64,000 bases of DNA from Rhizophagus irregularis (lineage: Eukaryota), in contig NC_089430.1 of NCBI RefSeq assembly GCF_026210795.1, forward strand, positions 5,270,001 through 5,334,000. Reading direction: 5' to 3'. Below the pieces are notes generated by a model that did no database searches, was not told the origin of the DNA, and was given only the letters and a program-made list of their open reading frames with translations. Numbering within the stretch: the stretch's first letter is position 1; each line of letters starts with the position of its first letter. Shown in pieces: positions 11,931-25,147 of the stretch. The position numbers were made by a program, and so were the translations under genes.

Positions 11931-12149
11931 GTTTAATAAACAATTCATTTTTGAACATTTTTTAAAAAAACTAATGTATAAGAAATGTATACGGAAAAAA
12001 TTAATCATGCGGAATGTATACGGAATTTTTAAACTTAATATTTTTAGAAGATAATTTTACAAAAATCCCGTATCATAACACGAGATCACATGATTGTTTA
12101 TTGTTTTGTTATGATACGTTTTTTGTTTTTTATATAAACCCTTTGATCT

Positions 12150-13100
12150 TTCGATCTACCTTTCTGTCTTTCCTTTCCTTTCTCTTTCTCTTGTCTTATT
12201 TTTGTTATTTTTTCTAAATTTTTTTTCTTTCTTCGTCACCCCCTTTTAAAAATAATTTTTTTTTTCGTACCTCACTTTAAAAAAAATTTTTTTTCGTCAC
12301 TCTCCTTTGAAAAAAAATTTTTTTTCGTCACTCCCTTAAAAAAAAATTTTTTCTTTTATTCCTACTCTTCTTTTTTTTAAAAAAAATTTCTTCTTTCTAT
12401 TTCTATTTCCTCTTTATAAAAAATTTTTTATTTTTCTAACTTTGACGTCCTCCCTTTAAAAAAAAATTTTTTTTTAACTTTCCTAACTTCATTACCCCTC
12501 TTTTTAAAAAAGTATTTTTTTTTGGTTTATTCTTTATTCCCCTTTCTTTTTTATTTATATTTAATTTCATAGGCCAGCAGGTTTTTTTTTTGTGAGAATA
12601 TTCAGTTTCTTTTTTCTTTTTTTAGATCAGTTTGGGAGTCCTTTTCTTTTTGTAGGATGATTCAGGATTTTTTCTTTTTTTAGGTCAGTTCAAATTTTCT
12701 TGTTTTTTTGTAAGCTGGGTTCAGATTCTTTTCTTTTTGTAAGTTGTTTCAGTTTTGTTGCTTCAGAGTCTTCTTTTTTTTGTAGGTCAGTTTTGGATTT
12801 ATTTTGTTGTTTTGGTTTCTTTTTCATTAGACGCCTCATTATTCTTTTCTTTTATGTAGATCAGACATTCTGGAGTTCTCTTTCTTTTTTGTAGGAATGC
12901 TGACCTTTGGTGACTTGGACGATTGCAGATACTATATAAGGGGGGGTTTTGTTTCCAATCTTTTTTTTTGTTCTTTTAGGTTGTTTGACTTCAAATGAAC
13001 CTAAACCTATAGATAATTTTGGTTGCAATAGGTGGTTTTAATAAGGAGGGAATTTTCATAATGTATTTGTACTTTGTTTATTTTTTATTTTTTATTTAAT
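12150..13100 (+). repeat. Pyrimidine-skewed degenerate repeat region, probably interior of a non-autonomous element
   Basis: Units like TTTTTTCGTCACYCCYTTTAAAAAAA (12230-12510), then TTCTTTTTTGTAGGTCAG-like units (12560-12980). Confidence 0.55.
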
Positions 13101-13507
13101 TTAATAAAGTAAAATTAGATTTATGTAAATACAATTATAGTAAACTGTAATACAAATAGTAAATTCAGTGACCAAATCGTATAAATTTCGTGATAAAATC
13201 AGTGATCAAATCATATAAATTCCATATAAATCCCGTGCAAATTCTGTATCCAAACCATATTTTTAGTGATACAGAATTGTGCATTTTTCCGTATCCTATT
13301 ATGATAAGGAAAAAAATCGTATAAAAACTTTATAAAAAATGTATCCAATTTTTTTATAGGGATATTGTATGATAATAAAGATAGATAAAATAAATTCATA
13401 TCTTGCGTTTATTCATATGCATATATAAAATCTTCTATAAAAGATTTCAAATTTTACTAAATAAATACATTAATTAAAATATTGTTAAAATCCTTACACG
13501 TTCTGTA

Positions 13508-14043
13508 CACAGGTCGAAAAGTGAAAAATCAGGCATCAATCAGTCACCAATCGGTCACCAATCAGGTACCTGATTGGTGACCGATTGGTGACTGATTGGC
13601 ATTTTTGCCAAATACCGTCACCAATCAGGCAGTTTGCTAACTTTTGATCCAGTGATCAGAAAAGAATGAAATATAGCTCATTGGAATCGTCTCAACAAGA
13701 CGAATCTAATGGTAGTAAAATCGCATCTCTAGGATTAATAGTTAATAAAATATTAAATAAAATATAAATGATACATTTTATTTTTATATTTTACTTAATT
13801 TCTCATCAAGTATTAATCCTAGAAATGCGATTTTACTACCATTAGATTCGTCTTGTTGAGATGATTCCAATGAGCTATATTTCATCCTTTTCTGATCACT
13901 GGATCAAAAGTTAGCAAACTGCCTGATTGGTGACGGTATTTGGCGAAAATGCCAATCAGGCACCAATCAGTCACCAATCAGTCACCAATCAGCTACCTGA
14001 TTGGTGACTGATTGGTGCCTGATTTTTCACTTTTCGACCTGTG
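13508..14043. mobile_element. 536-bp near-perfect palindromic MITE with CAC ends and 3-bp TSD (CACTA/CMC-like)
   Basis: CACAGGTCGAAAAGTG...CACTTTTCGACCTGTG; GTA on both sides; empty paralogous site CACGTTCTGTATTT near 44677. Confidence 0.9.
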
Positions 14044-14365
14044 GTATTTGTTTAAAATATTTAATAATTTATTTAATCAATAAAAATAAAATGAATACAT
14101 ATAATTTAAATAACTGATCATTAAATTTTAAAACCCTGTTTAACGTAATTCTCAATAATTTATAAAAAAAAAATTTACCCTTCTATTAGTGAAGAAAAGC
14201 AAAAAAAAAAAATACTCTATTTCAATATATCTCAACGTTAATATTTTTAAAACTGACGTTAAACAGAGTTTTAAATTGTAATGATTTAAATAAAAAAAAA
14301 AATAGGTTTATCTATATATACTACACATACAATAGTATTTGTAATATTTGTGACTAGCAACTAAA

Positions 14366-17300
14366 CTAGTTTATGATCTTTGTCCAAAACTTTTTTCTAT
14401 TCGATATTTTGAACCTAAAAAAAAAATAAAATAATATATTGAATACGAATAATATAAAACTTACATCTTAATATTCAGTTGAGAAATATTAATTTGTAAA
14501 GATTCTATTTAATAAAAAGTTTTATTAGTATCTTTAACTGATTTGCATTTTTAAAATAACAAAATTATTATTAATAATAATACCTGAAGATTCCTTGCTT
14601 ATTATATTATCATATTGTTCATCAGAATTTTTTATTTTAGGCCTACAAAAAAAAAATAGTATATTAAATATAAATAATATTATTAATCATTAATCAGATA
14701 ATTAAAAAACTTACATTTTATTATTATTCAATTGAGAAATATCAAGTTGTAAAGATTCTATTTAATAAAAAGTTTTATTAGTATCTTTAAAAACTGATTT
14801 GCATTTTAAATAACAAAATTATTAAATGATACCTGAAAATTTCTCGCTAATTATATTATCATTTTGTTCATAATAATCGTCGGAATTTTTTGGTTCAGGA
14901 AGATTATTAAAATCGAGTAATCTACTTGTATAAATAGCTTCTGAATGTGTATTATATGATATCCCTAAACTAGTTGAAGTTATACTGCTATTTGATGAAT
15001 TATTACTTATCTCATCTGCTTCCTTAATTTGTGCTCGTAATTCTATCGTTTGTTCATTATTAGATTCATATTGCCATCTAAATAAAATATTAATTATTTC
15101 TTTTGCTATTGGTCTGCTTAATGGGTTTGCATCTAAGCATCTTTTAATTAAATGTACAATTAATTGTGGTACTTTAATGTTAAACCTTGGTCTAAGTCCT
15201 TTGCAAATTTTTATTGCTAAATTATTATCATGTTTTAAATCATGATATGGGGGCAATCCAGAAATTACTTCATACATTATTATACCAAAACTATATATAT
15301 CGGCAGCTTTGGTATAATTTTGTCCTCTTAAAATTTCAGGAGCTATATAAGGTAAAACACCATATATCTTGTTTTTTGTACCTTCTAATTCATTAAATTC
15401 ATTATAATTTGCAGGTTTACATAATCCCATATCAGTTATAGCAGTTTTATATTTAAACTTTAAAATATTTCCAATATGCAAATCTCGATGAATAAATTCC
15501 TTTTCATGAATACATTTAAGTCCAACAATAATATACTGTAAATATTCAAACATTTTATTCCAGTTAAGCATATTATGTTCTTTGTCTAAATAATTTCGTA
15601 GATTTCCATCTTCTGCATATTCTAGGACCATTATATAATTTTTCGTTTTTGGATCCTGAGTTATTCCATAGAATCTAACAATTATATCATTATCCATTTT
15701 CACTTTATTATGCAGCATGATCTATGATGTAAATGTAAATATACAGTATATATTAGTAAAGCTAACAAAATCAAAAGTAATATTAGATTTATAAGATTAA
15801 TCAAATTATACCTCATTTATAAATTCTAATGTAACATTTTTTGAATTATCTAAACTTTTCAGAGCTACAAGCATATTTTCATTATACCTTTTCCGATTTT
15901 GATGTTCATTATTCCAATTAGTCATATACCCATCAATCCAATTTGCTCTATACACTTTGCCAAATCCACCTTTAGCAATATATTCAATATTATAAAATCT
16001 ATCATAAGGTATCCATTCTAATACTTCTTTTACATCTTTATGGGATGATAGCTGAGTATCTTGAATAAATTTATCAATATCATCATTACCACTAGTCCAA
16101 TCTATGAATTTATATTGAAAATTTATTGTGTTACATATACTATTACATTTTTTACATTTATTTTTCAAAACCAATAAATAACTTTTTGTTTCCAGATCTT
16201 GAGTTATCCCATAAAATTCATATTTTATTTTAATCTATAAATGTAATAATATTTAGTAAAATTAAAGTATTCAAAATTTACTAAATAATTTTATCATACC
16301 TTATTTGTAAATTTTAATGTAAGAGTAGTATTTAAGCTCTTCAAATTCACAATCATATTGTGACCTTCTCTTTTCCAATTTTGTTTTTTATAATCCCATT
16401 CACTTATGTATCCATCAATCCAATTTGCTCTATACACTTTTCCAAATTTATCTTTTGCTATATATTTAATATCATACAATCTATTGTTAGGTATCCATTC
16501 TAATGCTTTTCCTGTATTATCATGAGCTGATAGCTGAGTATCTTGAATAAATTTATCAATATAATTATTACCACTAGTCCAATCTATGAATTTATGTTGA
16601 AAGTTTATTGTGTTACATATACTATTACACTTTTTACATTTATTATTCAAAATCATTAAATAATAATTCTTTGTTTCTGGATATTGAGTTATTCCATAAA
16701 ATTTATATTCTATTTTAATCTATAAATGTAATAATACTTAGTAGAAATTAAAATATTCAAAATTTTGCTAAATAAATTTATCATACCTTATTTGTAAATT
16801 CTATTGTAACATTTTTTGAATTATTTAAATTCTTCAAGTTTACAAACATATTATAATTTTCTCTTTTCCAATTTTGATTTTTGCTATCCCAATTAGTTAT
16901 ATAACCATCAATCCAATTTGCTCTATACACTTTGCCAAATTCATCTTCTGCAATATATTTAATATTATATAATCTATCATAAGGTATCCATTCTAATGCA
17001 TCTTTTAAATCATTATGAGATGATGACTGAGTATCTTGAATAAATTTATCAATATCATTATAACCACTGGTCCAATCTATGAATTTATGTTGAAAGTGTA
17101 TTGTATTACATATACTATCACACTTTTTGCAATCATAATTCAAAACTATCATATAATTATCTGTTTCTGGATCTTGAGTTATTCCAAAAGGTATATTGAT
17201 CTACAAATACAAATATATTAGTAGAAATTAGAAACTTCAAAATTTTGTTAAATAAAAATTTATTACAGTACCTCATTTTCAAATTCTATTGTAATATTTT

Positions 17301-19128
17301 TTAAATTATTTACTCTCTTCAAATTTACAAGCCTATTATGATCTCTTTTCCAATTTTGATTATTATCATCCCAATAACTTATATTTCCATCAATCCAATT
17401 TGCTTTATACACATTACCAAACTTATTTTTTGCAATATCATCTAATCTATCATAAGGTATCCATTCTAATGCATTTGATATTTTACTATATCTATGAGCT
17501 AATAGCTGAGTATTTTGAATAAATTTATCAATATCATTATTACCACTAGTCCAATCTATAAATTTATGTTGAAAGTTTATTGTGTTACATATACTGTCAC
17601 ATTTTTTACATTTTTTATTCAAAACCATCATATAATTATTTGTTTCTGGATCCTGAGTTATTCCATAAAATTCATATTTTATTTTAATCTATAAAATGTA
17701 TTAATATTTAGTAGAAATTAAAATATTCAAAATTTTGCTAAATAAATTTATTATACCTTATTTGTAAATTCTATTGTAACATTTTTTGAATTATTTAAAT
17801 TCTTCAAATTCACAAACATATTATAATCTTCTCTTTTCCAATTTTGATTTTTGCTATCCCAATTATTTATACTACCATCAATCCAATTTGCTCTATACAC
17901 TTTGCCAAATTCATCTTCTGCAATATATTTAATATTATATAATCTATCATAAGGTATCCATTCTAATGCTTTCTTTATATTATTATGGGCTGACAGCTGA
18001 GTATCTTGAATCAATTTATCAATATCATTATTACCACTAGTCCAATCTATAAATTTATATTGAAAGTGTATTGTATCACACATTCTACTGTAACACTTTT
18101 TACATTTATTATTTAAAACCATCATATAATTTTTTGTTTCTGGATCTTGAGTTATTCCAAAAGGTATATTAATCTACAAATACAAATATCTTAGTAGAAT
18201 TAAAAACTTCAAAATTTATTGTATTAAATTTATTATACCTCATTTTCAAATTCTATTTTAATATTTTTTAAAGAATTTACTCTCTTCAAATTCACAAGCC
18301 TATTATGACCTTCTCTTTTCCAATTTTGATTTTTATCATCCCAATGTTTTATATTTCCATTAATCCAATTTGCTTTATACACGTTGCCAAACTTATTTTT
18401 TACAATATCATCCAGTCTATCATAAGGTATCCATTCTAATGCTTCATTTATATCTGCATTATCATGAGCTGATAGCTGAGTCTCTTGAATCAATATATCA
18501 ATATCATTATTACCACTAGTCCAATCTATAAATTTATGTTGAAAGTTTATTGTGTTACACACATTTCTATTACACTTTTTACATTTATTATTCAAAACCA
18601 TCATATAATTTTTTGTTTCTGGATCTTGAGTTATTCCAAAAGGTATATTGATCTACAAATACAAATATATTAGTAGAAATTAGAAACTTCAAAATTTTGT
18701 TAAATAAAAATTCATTATAGTACCTCATTTTCAAATTCTATTTTAATATTTTTTAAAGAATTTACTCTCTTCAAATTCACAAGCCTATTATGACCTTCTC
18801 TTTTCCAATTTTGATTTTTATCATCCCAATGTTTTATATTTCCATTAATCCAATTTGCTTTATACACGTTGCCAAACTTATTTTTTACAATATCATCCAT
18901 TCTATCATAAGGTATCCATTCTAATGCATTTGATATTTCACTGTTTTTATGAGCCATTAGCTGAGTATGTTGAATAAATTCATCAATATTATTATTACCA
19001 CTAGTCCAATTTTCAAAATTTTGTTGAAAATGAATTGCATTACATGTATAATTACATTTATTACATTTTTTAACATGTGATGATTTAATTAATTTATTAA
19101 TAACTTTGATAAAAGGGTTCATTGACAT
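14366..19128 (-). CDS. TKL-type kinase A with 7 tandem N-lobe modules (about 1329 aa)
   Basis: Exons 19128-18724, 18652-18239, 18173-17757, 17688-17272, 17200-16787, 16719-16300, 16234-15812, kinase exon 15721-14833, tail 14757-14715, 14642-14584, 14504-14465, 14414-14366; all GT-AG and in frame; GGFGKVY, VALK, HRDLHIGN, DMG, APE, DIYSFG. Confidence 0.9.
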
Positions 19129-19200
19129 TTTTAAACTATAAATGAATTCAAGTTAATAGGATATCAAGGATAAATGAAAAAATTTTAAACCTTATTATAA

Positions 19201-19352
19201 CGAATTAATTGAATTATGCAATGATGCGTTGTGTAACAATTTTTTTTTACACCGTGGAATGCGGATGTTGATCAAAATCAATACGGAATTTTTCGGATGT
19301 CATTGTTTAACAAATTATGCAATGATGCATTGTGTAACAAATTTTTTTTCAC
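19201..19352 (-). promoter_or_regulatory. Upstream block shared by the kinase paralogs (candidate promoter)
   Basis: GAATTATGCAATGATGCRTTGTG and/or GAATTTTTCGGATG recur at about 28660/29911, 53465-53520 and 56020-56055; locally duplicated here; function not shown. Confidence 0.4.
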
Positions 19353-19354
19353 GT

Positions 19355-19580
19355 ATAATAAGAAGTTCTAAGTGTATGGTCTCCTATGTGACAGTTACAC
19401 AGGTGATAAATAACATGACGGTCAAACACGTGATTTAGAGTGGCCAAAATGCTATTAATCACCTGTGTATTGTTCACACCCCTTATTTTACACACTGTTA
19501 CACACTGCTAAATATCACCATACACCACACAGGTGGTCGACCCTACACCACTGGTCCACCTGGTATTCGTCTTACCGGTA
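19355..19580. mobile_element. Possible degenerate MITE
   Basis: Absent from paralogous upstream regions; internal inverted repeat ACACAGGTGAT...ATCACCTGTGT; GTATAATA at both edges. Confidence 0.35.
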
Positions 19581-20479
19581 TAATAAATGGTAAAAAGTTA
19601 TATCGTGAATTTAATTTTCGTAAATAATAAAGAATAAATTTTGTAAGTTCAAATTTTGGAATCGGTTAATACTTAATACTATCAAATGGTTAAAGATTCA
19701 AAAAAAAATTGTTTTTTTTAGAGAAAAGAAAACTTATGAAATAAAAATAATTTACCAAAAAAATAAAATATTTGTGAAATACACGTAGAAACTTTTAGGA
19801 AAAAAAAAAGATTTAGGGAAGATGGTTATATACAGATAATTTAAATCACGTCTTAATAACAAATAAGAAAACGCCTATTTTTCTTATTACTAATTTTTAA
19901 TTTTTGCATCATTTCGCAGTATGAGTTATTCGCCAGTTAGCTAAAATACCATATACTGTAATAGCACATGATATTCATGCTAAATACTAATAAAAATTTA
20001 GTACGATTGCTAAACTTAACTATTAAGAATTTTTGTTTTAAAAAAATATTCTGATTTAACTTCTTAATAGTTTCTTTATGTAACATAATATAAAAAGTAT
20101 TTATTATCCATATTGATTGATTTATTAATTTTAGATATTAACTTTATCAAATTGGGTTTTAAAACATTATGGCCATTCTAAATTGTGAGAAGCTTGGAGA
20201 GCAAAGTTTAGAATAACGTAAAAATTCTGCATTTGTATTTACGAAATCAGATAAATTTTTATCATACTGAGCTTTATGACATTAGATGTTTAACAAGAAA
20301 TTATCATGCATATATTATAGTTAAAACACTAATTGATATAATGATACTTTTAACTTTGTTTTTTGCAAATTATTTATTAGATATTTCTTAATGGAAGCTT
20401 ACCATTTTCAAAAAATTCAACCAGTATTAATATTTGTTACATGATAGTCTGATTACGTAGTACTGCTGTTTATATAGTG

Positions 20480-20868
20480 TAAAGTTTGGAATCGATTAAG
20501 GTTAATCGATTAATTAATCGACTAAGACGGTTAATCGATTAAGGTATCTCAAAAATCGGTTAATCGATTAAAATTATCAACCCATAATTCCGGTCAAATT
20601 ATCTAATGCGGCCCAGAGCTGTGAATTTTTGGTCACGTGTTCTCCGAACTTGGAAGAATTTGTATTAATTTTTTAATGATCATAATAATAAATAAGACTT
20701 TCCTATAACTAAATGTATGATCAAAAACAATTTGGTGCAATCTGCGGTCAAAAAAAAAAAAAAAAAAAAATTTTTAATATTTTAATATTAATTGATTATT
20801 AATCGATTAGGGCCCTTGGTTAATCGATTATTAATCGATTAAGGTTTTTTGGTCGGTTCTAACATCTA
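20480..20868. mobile_element. hAT-type MITE
   Basis: 8-bp TSD ATATAGTG (20472-20479, 20869-20876); imperfect TIRs; subterminal TTAATCGATTA repeats; absent from paralogous site near 56940. Confidence 0.8.
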
Positions 20869-23800
20869 ATATAGTGTATATATATATATAGTTTTTTAGT
20901 AATAAGAATTAATTTTTGGATTTAAATAAACTATCCAACGTGTCAAACTTGCGAAATAAGTATTAAATAATTTTGCTTCAAACCCAATCCGTAAGATGCG
21001 TACTTTTTTTTGGATATGGCTTTACAGGAATTATAGATTGAAGTTAAACATTCACCTAATATATCATGAAAAAGTAGTATGTATATAATATGATACGTTA
21101 CATACTAAATTGAAGAGCCATACAAATTTAACGATATTTTTCGATTCGTTTAGTTTGAAGTATGCAGATTATTATTTAAACATTTTAATGAATCCGTATA
21201 GAATATCTATATTAACTGAACGTATTTTATCACTATACATTAAAATTCTTACATACTCTTCATGATGGCTAGTAATAATTTCGGTTATGTGAAAATAAAT
21301 TGTAAGTTAAACTGTCTGTAATAACGTTGCTATATCAATTATTACAAACTACCAGACATGTTTATCTTGTTTTTCTTGTATACAACTCTTTATTACTGGA
21401 AAGAGAATTTAGAAGTTACGTAGGATAGGTATAAGCTAATAGTTAGAAGAATTTCTTCAATTACCTTAGTGTTGTGCAATAGAATAAAATCAGTATCAAT
21501 TTATGATTATTATCATAAAATTACAACAAACGAAAAATAATACATTCCGGCAATGATTTTACCTTCAGTTCTGTGAGACATTTGTATTCTGAACTGAATT
21601 TCATGAGCATACTTTTATGTTTGCTCTTTCGAAAAATCGGTAAGGATTTCCATATCTTAAATAAAATCTGCGAATAAGAATAATATATCATATTTAAGTC
21701 CTGAGGGAATGAAAATGTAAATTTTATAAAAAGGTGATTTAGTATTTATGAGAAATCTGTCGCACAGACCTGTTGTAAACTTGTCATGTGATTATGAAGA
21801 TGGATCAAGATTTGATGCATAGTATAGGTCAAAAATTAACAAAGCTACATGAATAATTTTACTGTATAATGTTCTATAACTATAAGTCTTATAAATGAAA
21901 AATTGGATTTCTATGTTATTAACATGTAAATTATCTTGAACCTCATACTTCAAAATGTTTATATAAATCTCAAACCAAATTTATTACGCAGTGCTACTGT
22001 ACAATACATTATTACAATCTCAAAAATATTTTATGATGATAAAAAATGTGTTAATAAATTTTCTAAACTATAGATGATACAGATTAGCAGAATAAGAGTT
22101 ATTCAAAAAATATAATTTCACTCCGATATCAAATATCATGTATTTATTTTGGCAATGATTAAAATTTTCACAACTAAATTTGCTTAATATCTACTGTATA
22201 TTCCAATTTAAAAAATAAATTTATCCTTTTATAAGTTAAAATCTTACTGCCTCTCTAAAAATTTAACGGAGAAAAAGACTAAATCTTTTAATACTTACAG
22301 AGAAAAAAATAAAAACAAAAAATAGATGAGAAATATATACAATTTTTTGTTTAGTAAATCAGACAATGTTACGTACGTACTGACTACGTACTGTAAATCT
22401 GGTTTCAAAAAAATTATCAGCGAAGGTAGTAAAAAAAATCACGGATCTGTCTAGTGGATAAGAAAACTTTCATTTAGGCGATATTTATCACATGTAGCAT
22501 TTTTTAGGCATTAAACTGATTTTCTTACTTAATTTTCGTGCTAGGTTACTAACTATGGATGGGCTCTTGTTATTATAACTTAAAATATTTAAATGAAATT
22601 GTTAAAAAAGACACTTCCATTTCGGAAAATTTTAATTTTTGCAATTCATGTAATTTATATTTTCACTAACTTACTATGGTTGTATTATTACGTCATTTAC
22701 TTTATGACGCAGCATTTATTTTTTTATATAAAGCCGACGATTCTGAATTAACGAGAGGGTGGCATGATACTATTTCTTGATTGAGTTTAACCAAAATATC
22801 TTATTTGTTTAATAAATCAATTATCAATTCGCTAAAAAATTTAATTCTTCATTTTTGAAAATGCAAAATACAATGAAAAGATAAAGATAGTGACTAAATC
22901 TTAATCAGTCTACAAAATAGTAATGTGATTTTATGGTTTAAAATATTTTTTTTAAAAATTCATACCTACTAAAAGCAGACGATGCTGATGATGTTGAGAT
23001 CATAAGAAGCATGACGATTAATAATCGAAACATACTTAACTTCCAACTTCCAAGGAGTAAACGAAAAAAAAATTGATTAATTGTTGTGTTTCTTTAAATA
23101 CGAATTGCTAACGCCTCAAATAAAATTAAAAAGTATTTTTAAAAACTTTTTGGAGAACATTAATGATGGAGATAGTCAAAAGGTAAATAAATATTTTATA
23201 TTGTATGGTTGCGACAAAAGTTATTTGAATACAGAATATATTTAATTATTTACAATCGTGCTTAATGAAATTATCGTAATATGGTGAATATAATGATTAT
23301 TATAAAACCTCATGTATTTTTTGCGCTTAATTATTCTTAATAAATTATGATCAATATAAATAAGATCGAATTAATTTGAGTACAAATAATAATAAATATG
23401 AAAGAATTAATATTGATATAATTGTTATTTTGGAGGAGATGAGGCCATCATGGATGTTTCAACTTGGCGTTACCACCATTGTTATCATTTCACTTTGGTT
23501 CTTTGGGTTTCTTGACCTTGTTTGATTTGAATAATCATTGATATGATGTTTTATGCAACATTATTGAAGGAGTGTACAGTACATGTTAAGAATGAGCCTT
23601 AATTGTTCAATTTTAGGAGTAATATAAAAAAGAATGAATCTAACGACAATTAATTTCTGAAATGTTTAAACTGTTGAACGATTTATGCATAAACCATTAT
23701 GCTGGAAATATTTTATAAATGATATTGGTTAGTACTTATTATTTATTGTAATTATAATAGTATTTATTAAAATTATTATTTAATTATATTCTTAAAAAGT

Positions 23801-24089
23801 GTATGGATGTTTGCCAATTTAGGTTAATCTAGGTAAATTAAGTTTATCTTAAAAAATTCCATTGTAGCATTAAAAAAAATTACATCCTCTAGAAAAAAAA
23901 TATCTTACTAATTAATATGAAAAAAAATTTCCAGAAAAATTAATTATAACGATCTATTGTCATGAAAAAAAGAAAAATTCCCCAGAAAAATTAATTATAA
24001 CGATCTATTGTTACAAAAATTAAATATTATGTAAGTCTATTATTGAGCTTGATACAAAAAAAAATATTATTATTATTAATAATAAGAAT

Positions 24090-24700
24090 CGGGAAAAAAG
24101 GTAATTGCCGTGGCGCCCGCACCATTGATCTGATCACCGATCCAAACCTAAATGGTGAAAGAATGTATTCGGAAAAATAAATTCGGTTTGAAAGAAAAAA
24201 AAGCCAACCGAAAAAGGAAAAGAGGAAAAAAAGACAACTGAAAAAAAAATAGAAAAAATAGAAAAAAAAAATTTGTGGGGAGGGACAAAGAGAAGAATCG
24301 GGTTGAAAAAAGAAACCGAAAGGAATAAAAAAGAAAAAATAAAAAAATTCAAAAAAAAATTAATATGGATATGGTCTAAAAAAAAAGACCAAAAAAATAA
24401 TATAAGTCTTAAAAGATTATTTAATAAAAAAAAATAATAATTTTTAAAAAAAACCAAAAAAAAAGAGGAAAAAAAAATTCGAAAAAAAAGAAAGAACCAT
24501 CGGTTCAAGAAAAAAAAATGAAAATTAAAAAAGGGGGAACCGAAAAAATTTAGATCGGTTGGAAAAAATTTGAAAAAAAAAATAAATATTTGAAAAAACG
24601 ATTAATATTTCATTAACCGGAATTGGATGGGTCTTAACTATAAAGAATACGGATCAGCAATTCAAAATTAATTTATACAGGCGTTTGTCACACAAACACC
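24090..24700. repeat. A-rich low-complexity repeat segment
   Basis: Strong purine skew with recurring AACCGAAAAA/TCGGTT motifs; no credible ORF. Confidence 0.4.
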
Positions 24701-25147
24701 ATTTTTTGAAATGCGTTTATTCATATATAAAATCTTCTATAAAATAATTTTAAAAGATTTCGAATTTTATCAAATAAATACAATAATAATAAAATGAATA
24801 CAAATATAATTTAAATAACTGATCATTAAAATTTAAAACCCTGTTTAACGTAATTCTCAAAAAAAAATTTGCCTATTAGTGAAAAAAAAACAAAAAAAAA
24901 AAATACACTAACTCAACGTTAATATTTAAAAAAACTGATGTTAAACAGAGCTTTAAATTGTAATGATTTAAATAAAAAAAAAGTTTTCAAAAAAAAAAAA
25001 AAAAAATAGTAAACTAGTTTATAACCTTGTTTAAACCTTTATCTGTGGTTATTAAATTCGATATTTTGAACCTAAAAAAAAAAATAATATAATATATTGA
25101 ATATGAATAATACTCATTATTAACCACATGAATTAAAAACTCACATC

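Noticed and set aside
9155..13399. Short Phe/Lys-rich ORFs (also 24134-24508, 42922-43230, 54538-54885)
   Set aside because: Translations of low-complexity or MITE sequence
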